IMG/VR virus record: IMGVR_UViG_3300044642_000803
Location: 2,887 to 66,886 of that record
Length of the DNA: 64,000 bases
Source of the DNA: a virus
Direction: 5' to 3' (one strand)
The notes below the pieces were generated by a model. That model was given only the letters and a program-made list of their open reading frames with translations. It was not told the origin of the DNA and made no database searches. Below, one piece after another: positions 56,463 to 64,000 of the stretch (its first letter is position 1; the number at the start of each line of letters is the position of its first letter). The position numbers were made by a program, and so were the translations under genes.

Positions 56463-56475
56463 GCTATCTATCACC

Positions 56476-56685
56476 ATGAATTTCCCTATCGGCTACGGCC
56501 ACGATGTAAAGCTACAACAGCCAGCAGCCGAGCCCCAGGCCCAGGAACCCGCTGCAGATCCCTTGACTGCATTCCAGTCGGGGCTGACCGGCTCCGCTAA
56601 GCGCAGGCGAGCACGGGTGACCGGTGGGCGGTTTGCTGCCGACGATCCGGCCACCGTGGCAGATGAGGCGTGGGTGGAAAGCTAA
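56476..56685 (+). CDS. Small hypothetical protein
   Basis: RRARVTGGRFAADDPAT..DEAW. Confidence 0.55.
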   Translation: MNFPIGYGHDVKLQQPAAEPQAQEPAADPLTAFQSGLTGSAKRRRARVTGGRFAADDPATVADEAWVES

Positions 56686-56722
56686 GTCAGCGATCTTTGC
56701 CGCTGAACAAAGGAGACTCCCC

Positions 56723-57124
56723 ATGGCTTTTCAGTTTTCGGTACCAGCGCGTAACGCTGCGCTGGACGCAATCGAAACGGCAGCAGGTACGGCCCCGACG
56801 CTGACAATTCGCACGGGCGCTGTTCCCGCCAACTGCGCAGCGGCAAGGGCTGGTACGGTGCTGGCAACACTGGTACTCCCGTCTGATTGGATGGCGGCGG
56901 CATCTGGTGGCACCAAAGCGCTGTCTGGTACGTGGCAAGACGTAGCAGCGGACGCAGCTGGTACGGCAGCGCACTTCAGTATTGACCAAGGCGCCACCTG
57001 CCATATCCAAGGGACCGTAACTGCCACTGGTGGCGGCGGTGATATGACAATCGACAACACGTCGATTGCTGCAGGCCAACAAGTGACGATTACATCATTC
57101 AATCTGACCGCTGGCGGTGCCTGA
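56723..57124 (+). CDS. Virion structural protein
   Basis: ARNAALDAIE...IRTG..PA...ADAAGTAAHF...CHIQG.V; AAGGAG RBS. Confidence 0.75.
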   Translation: MAFQFSVPARNAALDAIETAAGTAPTLTIRTGAVPANCAAARAGTVLATLVLPSDWMAAASGGTKALSGTWQDVAADAAGTAAHFSIDQGATCHIQGTVTATGGGGDMTIDNTSIAAGQQVTITSFNLTAGGA

Positions 57125-57126
57125 AG

Positions 57127-57801
57127 ATGACAACGCTCATTGAACGCCTCCAACAATCAGACATGATCGGGCTGGACGCTGCGCAGGTGGTGGCCGCTTT
57201 GAACACCCCAGACCCGACCCTGCCTGCTGTTCGGGTGCCGTTTTCGTGCCCAGAAATTGCGATCCCGGCGGCGCTATCCGGCGAGCTGGCCACACTGAGG
57301 ATCGTGGCGGCGCGAGGGGAGATACCGGCAGACCTAACACCGAACAACACGGCTATTTCATTATCGACTCAAGCGATTGCCGTCATACTGACCATGCTTG
57401 ACGCTGTAGATCGAAACCAGCAGGTTCGCCCAGAAATGGATGCAGGCCAGGTTGCAGCGATGTTTGATAACGTCGAAGCGATGGGACTGCTTTCACCAGC
57501 GACGAAGGCAGCGATCCTCTCCCAGACCTTCCGATCTCCGTCTTGGGCCGAGGTACACGGCGTGAAGGTAACACTGGAATCCGTTGGCTTGGCGCGGGCC
57601 GTTTTGCAATCCGTCACCTTACTGGGGTGGGTCTACGCTGGTCCTGCACCGGGTGGTGGCGTAATGGAACAGGCGCGGATTCGGCTGCCAGACGGGACGG
57701 AATCCGCCCCGATATTTAAGCTGCCGATGGCCGAAAATGAAATGTTGCGTACCGCCGCCCTAAGTCAATGGCTAAATAACAATGCCGATATTCTTTATTG
57801 A
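57127..57801 (+). CDS. Hypothetical virion-associated protein
   Basis: ORF in the operon. Confidence 0.6.
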   Translation: MTTLIERLQQSDMIGLDAAQVVAALNTPDPTLPAVRVPFSCPEIAIPAALSGELATLRIVAARGEIPADLTPNNTAISLSTQAIAVILTMLDAVDRNQQVRPEMDAGQVAAMFDNVEAMGLLSPATKAAILSQTFRSPSWAEVHGVKVTLESVGLARAVLQSVTLLGWVYAGPAPGGGVMEQARIRLPDGTESAPIFKLPMAENEMLRTAALSQWLNNNADILY

Positions 57802-59764
57802 CCCAATCGGGGGGAACGATGCCAACAACGGGCTATCGTTTGTCAACCGTTGGCGCACGATCAACAGCGGGCCGACGGCGGCACGGGTGGCACCGGGCGA
57901 CGAAATTCGGTTCATTGAAAGTCCTGCCCCGACCCTGATCGGCAACTGCACCTGGACCACCGGGGCAAGTGCGCGGTCGATCACGGTGCCTGCAGGCGTG
58001 GTGAAGTTGATCGACGCCCTGACGGCGAACACGGGCTGGGTCGCGGCTGCGCATGTGACACTCAATGCAGCGTCCGGCACCCGGTTGATCGGCGCGGCAG
58101 CGGTGAATTTTACAGTTGGTACGGCATTTACCACCGGCAAGCTGGCGCACAAGCCGTTGACGATGGACCTGACCGGGTTTCAGCAGGTCAACGTCTGGTT
58201 TCGGACATCGGTTGCGCTGACTGCGGGGACAGTGTTTTTGGACCTGTGTTCGGACGCGAACGGCGACGTGCCGATTGTGTCGGTGCCGTTCACAGACGGC
58301 TTGAACAACGTCTGGTTTGCGGGCCTGATCGCGCACATTGGCAGCATCGGCACCATCAGTTCCATTGCCCTGCGCACCACGGCAGACCCCGGCACCCCGA
58401 CCATTTCGATCAACTGCCTGTGGGCATCCAAGGCCCCCGGCAGTGCCGACGAAGTCACGCTGGCAACGATGGTCAGTAAGACCGCCTACACCACGGCCCC
58501 GCCATTGCGCGGCAATGGTACCGGAGATGAGCCGTTGCTGGGGGTAATGGGTGTCACGTCGGACACAGCCGTTGTCCTGAACCGCAGCGGCACGCAGGAA
58601 AACGGCATTGAAAGCGCAGGACGGGGATATGACGGTGCAGCTGAAACGGTGGCCACCTATGCGCACCAGTGTTTCCCGTTTACCGAACCCCGCACCTGGT
58701 CAACCAACGAGCCTGGGACTGCGACGAATCAATTCGTGTGGACGGGCGGCTGGTCGGCGGCGGACATGGCAAGCCGCACGGGCATGACCCGGTACATGCT
58801 GTCATCGCGCGCTTATCAGGCTGGAGGTGGGCAGTTCACCACGTTCCAGAACTTCGTCATGAACACGTCGCTTGGCGGAAACACTTTGCCCGGCAGTGAC
58901 GGGTGCCGAGTGGAAAACTGCCTCCTTACCTCCTGCGGCTTTGCAATCAACGGCTTCGCCCACAGTGGTCTGAGTGCTGCCGATGTTTGTTATTCGGCGG
59001 GCGGTGGCCCTTCGCTCGGCGGATCGAACCAGCCGAACGGCAGCGTTCTGGAAAACATCTACTCATACCTGAGCGCGGTGACCTATAACGGGGGCCGCAA
59101 TCCTGTGCGGGGCCTCACCATTCGGAATAGCGGGGGGTACGGCCTGACTTTTCAGGGTAACCCCGGAAACGAGTCTATCTGTGTTGATGATCTGGTGACG
59201 CTCAATAATCAGTCGGGCGGAATTTTCGTTGCTTTAGGGGTCAATGCGCGTATTGCGAACGCGGACCCGAGAGAGGCTACTGACATCTTTTTCGTCTCCA
59301 ACGGCAACGACGGGCTGTTGTCAGTTGAAAGTCTGGGCAAAATCGCGGGCAATGACACGCTGCGCCACACGTATGGCCGGATGACCCGGCAGACCGCCGT
59401 GGTGGACACGCAAGCCTCGTCCTGGCGCGTGCAGGTCACAAGCGGCAACGCCGTGGCCCGTGGACCGCTGCGCCTGCCGCTGGGGCAGTTCGAGGTCACG
59501 CGCGGGGTGACGACAACGATTGCCATGCGGATGCGGCGCGACAATACCGGGCTGTCAATGGGCCTGTCCTACATGCCAACGGAAGGCTTGCCGGGGATCA
59601 CGACCGAGCAGCGGGCGCTGATGACGGCGGCGGCAAACACATGGGAGACGGTGACGCTTTCGCTGTCCCCGACCGGCAGCGGGACGCAGATCCTCAGCCT
59701 TGATCTGATCGCCTGGGGTGGCACCACGTTCAACGGGTACGTCGAAGCCATCACGGTGACCTGA
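57782..59764 (+). CDS. Large fibre/spike-like protein with probable beta-helix
   Basis: FFIDPIGGNDANNG.S....W.TI N-terminus; Gly/Asn-rich repeats. Confidence 0.7.
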   Translation: MPIFFIDPIGGNDANNGLSFVNRWRTINSGPTAARVAPGDEIRFIESPAPTLIGNCTWTTGASARSITVPAGVVKLIDALTANTGWVAAAHVTLNAASGTRLIGAAAVNFTVGTAFTTGKLAHKPLTMDLTGFQQVNVWFRTSVALTAGTVFLDLCSDANGDVPIVSVPFTDGLNNVWFAGLIAHIGSIGTISSIALRTTADPGTPTISINCLWASKAPGSADEVTLATMVSKTAYTTAPPLRGNGTGDEPLLGVMGVTSDTAVVLNRSGTQENGIESAGRGYDGAAETVATYAHQCFPFTEPRTWSTNEPGTATNQFVWTGGWSAADMASRTGMTRYMLSSRAYQAGGGQFTTFQNFVMNTSLGGNTLPGSDGCRVENCLLTSCGFAINGFAHSGLSAADVCYSAGGGPSLGGSNQPNGSVLENIYSYLSAVTYNGGRNPVRGLTIRNSGGYGLTFQGNPGNESICVDDLVTLNNQSGGIFVALGVNARIANADPREATDIFFVSNGNDGLLSVESLGKIAGNDTLRHTYGRMTRQTAVVDTQASSWRVQVTSGNAVARGPLRLPLGQFEVTRGVTTTIAMRMRRDNTGLSMGLSYMPTEGLPGITTEQRALMTAAANTWETVTLSLSPTGSGTQILSLDLIAWGGTTFNGYVEAITVT

Positions 59765-60615
59765 TGACGTTAGACGTCCAGAAGGGTTACGGCGGACGGT
59801 TATTCGTTTCAACCCTGACCGGCTCGCTGTCGGCCCAGAAGGGTTACGGCGGACGGGTTGCGATCTGGTCGCCTGTGGTTGCGGGCGGTGGCGGAATTTC
59901 AGGCACGGCATCTGGCACGATCAGCTTCACCGGGGACTCCACCGGGACCGTCTTGATCTCCGGCGCAGCCAGCGGCACGCTGCCACTAACTGGAGACGCG
60001 GTAGGCGTCATTGGCAACGCCCCTGCTACTGCTACTGCCGCTGGCACCCTGCCCCTTGGAGGGGGCGCTACCGGGGCCGTCGCCGTATCTGCGGTGGGCA
60101 ATGGCACGCTGCCCCTGTTTGGCACCGCTACGGGCGTCATCGGCACCGCTCCGATTACTGCCACCGCTTCGGGGACACTGCCGATTACCGGGGACGCCAC
60201 GGGCAGGGTCAGCGTCAATGGCGCGGCTAACGGGACGTTGCAGCTCGATGGTGAAGCGATCGCATCTGTCCGCGTGTCTGTCGTTGCGGACGGCATCTTG
60301 CCGCTTGGCGGGACCGGCGCCGCAACGGCCCAAATCAGCGCGATTGCCAGCGGCACCTTACCGCTCACCGGTAACGCGACGGGCACGGTAGCTACGGCAA
60401 TTATATCCGGGTCAGCAGCGGGAGACCTGCCTCTTGGCGGGTCGGCAACAGGCGCAGTCCGAGTTATCGGCGTAGCGGATGGAGTCTTTGTGATCACCGG
60501 CACGTCAACGGCAATCGGGCCAGTTCAATTTGCCACTCGGTTTGCCTTCCCTGGCGATCCAGCCAATGGCGGCAAACTGAGTATATCACGCCGTGGCGGG
60601 CGCATCGTTAGGTGA
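59764..60615 (+). CDS. Repeat-rich virion protein
   Basis: About 10 repeats of A.GTLPL.G.ATG.V. Confidence 0.7.
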   Translation: MTLDVQKGYGGRLFVSTLTGSLSAQKGYGGRVAIWSPVVAGGGGISGTASGTISFTGDSTGTVLISGAASGTLPLTGDAVGVIGNAPATATAAGTLPLGGGATGAVAVSAVGNGTLPLFGTATGVIGTAPITATASGTLPITGDATGRVSVNGAANGTLQLDGEAIASVRVSVVADGILPLGGTGAATAQISAIASGTLPLTGNATGTVATAIISGSAAGDLPLGGSATGAVRVIGVADGVFVITGTSTAIGPVQFATRFAFPGDPANGGKLSISRRGGRIVR

Positions 60616-60622
60616 GGATTCG

Positions 60623-60958
60623 ATGAGCACTTTTTACATCAAAACTGGCGATACATCACCCGCCATCCGATACGCACTAGATCCGGCATCGGTGGTGCTG
60701 ACCGGTGCGACGGTGCGGTTTCAGATGCGGCAGCGACGGTCAAGGGGCGGGGCCACCGTGATTGACGCTGCGGCGGTGGTGGTGACTGCAACTGGTACGC
60801 CAACGGTGGAATACCAGTGGCAAACGGGCGAAATCGCCAATGCTGGCATCTTTGAAGCCGAGTTCCGGGTGACCTATGCCGATGGCAGGGTTGAAACGTT
60901 CCCCAATGATGAGTTCATCTCGGTCAAGGTTTCTGAAGATGTCCCGCCAGCGAGTTAG
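60623..60958 (+). CDS. BppU-N-like baseplate domain protein
   Basis: FYIKTGDTSP...LTGATVRFQM...YQW...AEFRVTYADG.VETFP. Confidence 0.7.
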   Translation: MSTFYIKTGDTSPAIRYALDPASVVLTGATVRFQMRQRRSRGGATVIDAAAVVVTATGTPTVEYQWQTGEIANAGIFEAEFRVTYADGRVETFPNDEFISVKVSEDVPPAS

Positions 60959-61039
60959 CTCTTGATAGCAACGCTTCGGCATCTGGAAAGCTAGGCCAGA
61001 GCGTAAACCCTTGTAACGCATGGCTGGGACCATCAACGG

Positions 61040-61168
61040 ATGACACTAATACCTGACGATCTGCTCTCGATGACGCTGTGGCACCTGGCGTTGTTTCTGC
61101 CTGCCTGGGGTGTTCTGACGGCGGTGCCGGGTGTGCGGCGCTGGATGCGGGGGAGGTTGGAGCCGTGA
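61040..61168 (+). CDS. Small membrane protein (42 aa)
   Basis: Manual translation MTLIPDDLLSMTLWHLALFLPAWGVLTAVPGVRRW...; GTGA-coupled. Confidence 0.45.
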   Translation: MTLIPDDLLSMTLWHLALFLPAWGVLTAVPGVRRWMRGRLEP

Positions 61169-61647
61169 GCGGAGAACAACAGACTTTTGAATCAGTTGCG
61201 CAGCCAGGATCGCAGAGCGAAATAGCCGCTTTTCTAGGAATACTAAAAACGGCCTGTGATCGCTTACATGGTCTTGAAGGCAAACTTGAAACTATTGCTA
61301 AAATAGGTTTTAGGCTTGAGGCTGTAGAAAAAGGGCAAGAACAAATTGCAGATAAAATTGACAGATCAGCGCAAGCGCATCAATCCTTACAGGAAAAATA
61401 CCTAGACCAATCGCATAAACACGAAATTGAAATATTAGCGATCAATGGACGAATAAAAGACTATGAAGAAGTCGCTAAAACGGTTGCTAGGTTAGACAAA
61501 AACGTTTCCGCCTATGTGTTGCTAGCCGTTGTTGGGGGGGGCATACTGGGAGCTTTGTTTGCTGGACTTCCTGCTTGGCTGGATCGCATGAAGCATTCTA
61601 AAACAGGCACCATGACCCCCCCAGCACTGGTGAGGTGGAGGGGGTGA
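61165..61647 (+). CDS. Coiled-coil protein with C-terminal TM, lysis region
   Basis: Heptads followed by VLLAVVGGGILGALFAGL. Confidence 0.6.
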   Translation: MSGEQQTFESVAQPGSQSEIAAFLGILKTACDRLHGLEGKLETIAKIGFRLEAVEKGQEQIADKIDRSAQAHQSLQEKYLDQSHKHEIEILAINGRIKDYEEVAKTVARLDKNVSAYVLLAVVGGGILGALFAGLPAWLDRMKHSKTGTMTPPALVRWRG

Positions 61648-61853
61648 CCCGCTACATAAGCTGGTGTCTTGGGTTTGCCGGCTTCTGCTTACTGGCTAGC
61701 GCAGGAGTCGGGGTTCTTGACTGGTGGAATTGCATGAAACATGCTGGCGGCAAAGCCTGTGCTGAAAGCCGCACCGTTGCAATCGTTGCCCTTTCCGGTG
61801 CAGCCACCACAGCGCTAGGCATTGCCGTGCCAAACCGCACCCCCGGCCCGTAA
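61644..61853 (+). CDS. Two-TM holin-like protein
   Basis: Two hydrophobic segments; near the putative endolysin. Confidence 0.5.
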   Translation: MTRYISWCLGFAGFCLLASAGVGVLDWWNCMKHAGGKACAESRTVAIVALSGAATTALGIAVPNRTPGP

Positions 61854-61861
61854 AGATGATC

Positions 61862-62152
61862 CTAGGCGGGCTGAAGCTGAAACGACCGTAGTAACTCTTC
61901 CTGCCATGGCACAAGGTCTCTGGGTGACGTGTCCTCCCTAGTCATAATCACCGGCTCAGAATTGATAATTTGCGTCTTGGTGTCGCTGAGCATCTTTACC
62001 GTCACCCCAACAACCCCTCGATGGATGCACGGGGCGTTGAGCATCGTGCCACCAGGCAGAAGATCAAAGGCACGGCCCATGATGCCAACATCAGACCTCC
62101 CTGGCACAGTAAACACCCGCTGAACATCCCAAGAAAAAGTAGCGGTGGGCAC
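61862..62152 (-). CDS. Hypothetical protein
   Basis: Minus-strand ORF. Confidence 0.45.
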   Translation of the reverse strand: MPTATFSWDVQRVFTVPGRSDVGIMGRAFDLLPGGTMLNAPCIHRGVVGVTVKMLSDTKTQIINSEPVIMTREDTSPRDLVPWQEELLRSFQLQPA

Positions 62153-62209
62153 TACTGCCGTCTGGCGTCTGGCTCAGTTTACCGGGAAAGCTGCGCCAGG
62201 TGCTAAGCA

Positions 62210-62365
62210 ATGATGACGTGCGGGTTGATCCGTTTGATCTGCGAAGAGCCGCAGGATCCCCCGACGCGGGCGCTGTTTGTTGACGTGCCGCCGTGGCGGG
62301 CTGGCATTGCGACGGCGCTGCTGCGAATCCGGGGCTGGCGTGTTGTGTCTCGGTGGCCGCTGTGA
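62210..62365 (+). CDS. Small hypothetical protein (51 aa)
   Basis: Manual translation; GGAAAGCT upstream; GTGA-coupled to the next gene. Confidence 0.45.
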   Translation: MMTCGLIRLICEEPQDPPTRALFVDVPPWRAGIATALLRIRGWRVVSRWPL

Positions 62366-62901
62366 AGACACCGGTCTGGCCGCCAGGGATGGTGGGCCCC
62401 AAGGTCCGTCCCACCCTGCGGCCTGGCGATCACCACATGATTGCCAACGACATCGCCGAAACCATGACAGGGTGGACGCATGATGGGCGGCGGTTGTGGC
62501 AGATCCCATGCCTTTGCCGTGGCCAAGGGGCGGATGCTGAATGGCGTCGGACCGGTGAGGACACCCCTCCGGGGCTTTACCTGATCGGCAAGATTTACCG
62601 GGACTACGAAGAGGATCCACGCCCAAGGTTTGCCGCCGATCGTCGCGCCTACGGCTGGTACAGCTTTGATATGGAAGGACAAGAGGGCCAGGAGGGGCCA
62701 ACAAGCAAGCCGTATCGAGACGGCATCATGGTGCATGGTGGTGGCAGCGCCTGCGGCTGGCCTGGGGCGTGGGCGCCAAGGCAGGACCTGCACCCAACCC
62801 TTGGCTGCATCCGGCTGCATAACATTGACCTGCGCGACCGCATCCTTCCGTTAACGCAGCTGGGTCGGATCTGGGTATCGGTGCTGCAGGAGGCGGGCTA
62901 G
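62362..62901 (+). CDS. L,D-transpeptidase (YkuD)-family peptidoglycan enzyme, candidate endolysin
   Basis: TPPGLY.IG, GIMVHGGG...PTLGCIRLHN.DL catalytic His/Cys motif. Confidence 0.85.
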   Translation: MKTPVWPPGMVGPKVRPTLRPGDHHMIANDIAETMTGWTHDGRRLWQIPCLCRGQGADAEWRRTGEDTPPGLYLIGKIYRDYEEDPRPRFAADRRAYGWYSFDMEGQEGQEGPTSKPYRDGIMVHGGGSACGWPGAWAPRQDLHPTLGCIRLHNIDLRDRILPLTQLGRIWVSVLQEAG

Positions 62902-63116
62902 ACGCCAGGATCTGGCAGCGGAGGGGGCCCTACGGCTGGCTCGGTAACACCAGTGGTCGCCAGGGTGATCCCGTGCTCTCGGCATAGATGCCGCATCTTG
63001 TGCCAGGCGTCGGCGCCGGAGAACGCCTCAACGCAGTGGACGCCAGCGCAAATGCGCCAGACCAAACGCTCGCCGATTTGGATGACCTCCTGAACTGGAA
63101 CCACTGGGGTGATCAT
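62898..63116 (-). CDS. Hypothetical protein
   Basis: ATG at 63116. Confidence 0.5.
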   Translation of the reverse strand: MITPVVPVQEVIQIGERLVWRICAGVHCVEAFSGADAWHKMRHLCREHGITLATTGVTEPAVGPPPLPDPGV

Positions 63117-63185
63117 CTGGGAGCATTGCGCCTGTGCTCCAGGTTTCCAGAGTGGCAACGTAAACCGCTAACAACCTCCTCCCTG

Positions 63186-63860
63186 CTACGCCTCCGACGT
63201 GTCAGTAATAGTAATAATATGAGGCGGAAGTGTTCCATCTGTGACCAATTGCCTAAAAGCAGCAATAAACCGGCATTGAGCGGCAGCGTATGCAGAAGTC
63301 CATGCTGTTGTTAATGCCACAGCACCCTCTTGAGCTGCTTCTGCGCTAGCTGCTGCCTTGAACGCCATGGCGGCAGCTTTCCAGGCCGCTGGCCTAGTAG
63401 TTGCCCAAACAGCTTCCGTTCTAGCCATTTCCGCCCTTGTGCAGCCATCTGCAAGTTCATTATAAGCGTTTTCAGCAATTTTCCAAGCTGTTACTAGATT
63501 CGCAAGTGATGCCGCACCCTCCGCATATTGCTCGGCAACATTCAAAATTTGTAAACTACGAGCATCAGTTGGTTGAATTTTCCGTCTTGCGCACCAAACA
63601 GCAAATCGGCGCCAGTGATTACTGTATTCTGGTGCTGACTTCAAGCACAAAAGCAAGTCAAAAGCAAAAAACTGTAAACCGCAAAATTCGACTTTGTCTG
63701 CTATTTCCAAAAACGTAATTAATTCATCATCGGCTTGCGTTTTACCTAGTGCCTTTAGTGTTCGTTGCCAAAACCCTTCAAAGTTGTGTTGCGAGTGAGT
63801 ATGTGAATAAATGTGATTAAGCGTGGTTGTCAGTGGGTAATCAGCGGTAGATGCAGTCAC
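63186..63860 (-). CDS. Phage protein with Ala/Trp-rich helical region
   Basis: RRFAVWCARR..DARSL..L.VAE.YAEG. Confidence 0.65.
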   Translation of the reverse strand: MTASTADYPLTTTLNHIYSHTHSQHNFEGFWQRTLKALGKTQADDELITFLEIADKVEFCGLQFFAFDLLLCLKSAPEYSNHWRRFAVWCARRKIQPTDARSLQILNVAEQYAEGAASLANLVTAWKIAENAYNELADGCTRAEMARTEAVWATTRPAAWKAAAMAFKAAASAEAAQEGAVALTTAWTSAYAAAQCRFIAAFRQLVTDGTLPPHIITITDTSEA

Positions 63861-64000
63861 GGGTCTAGCTCGTCAGCGATGCGGAACAGCCGATCCGGCG
63901 CGAGGGGTTCGTCCGACTTAAGCAGCGCCAGGGCCCTGAAGGATTGAGCGACGGCCTCGTTGAGGGTTGGGCTGTCTCTGAAGGCGGCCAGGATTGCCAG
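63857..64000 (-). CDS. Partial hypothetical protein entering from the right edge
   Basis: LAILAAFRDSP...RIADELDP*, GTGA-coupled. Confidence 0.45.
   Translation of the reverse strand: MAILAAFRDSPTLNEAVAQSFRALALLKSDEPLAPDRLFRIADELDP

Noticed and set aside
1-64000. Complete DGR, integrase/att sites, IS elements, tRNA/rRNA
   Set aside because: No reverse transcriptase, TR/VR pair, recombinase, transposase or RNA gene motifs recognised by eye in this window.

Overview
The whole 64 kb reads as one tailed-phage (siphovirus-like) genome or prophage segment. The host is most likely a GC-rich picocyanobacterium (Cyanobium/Synechococcus-like), inferred from cyanobacterial-type SSB, Dcd, Tmk and sigma factor. 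No host housekeeping genes, integrase, rRNA, tRNA or classical CRISPR array are visible. Layout: a leftward replication module (HTH initiator with internal iterons; a partial FGE-sulfatase gene at the left edge); a rightward recombination/early region (Rad52/Sak, SSB, RusA, alpha-CTD protein, split PolX, Dcd, Tmk); packaging (TerS, TerL, a sigma factor, portal); then head-tail connector, tail chaperone with a -1 frameshift, major tail, tape measure, tail tip, scaffold and capsid (unusually after the tail genes), decoration/fibre proteins and a lysis region with an L,D-transpeptidase-family enzyme. The most striking element is a self-contained minus-strand cassette at about 7987-10150. It has a RAMP/Cas7-like gene, then a hairpin and a ~730 nt apparently non-coding array of GG(C/T/A)NN pentamers punctuated by NGCA tetramers into ~16 units, then a second hairpin, an accessory gene and a terminator. 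This looks like a candidate RNA-guided system using a non-CRISPR, 5-nt-periodic guide code. All protein calls come from motif recognition by eye; no database search was run.
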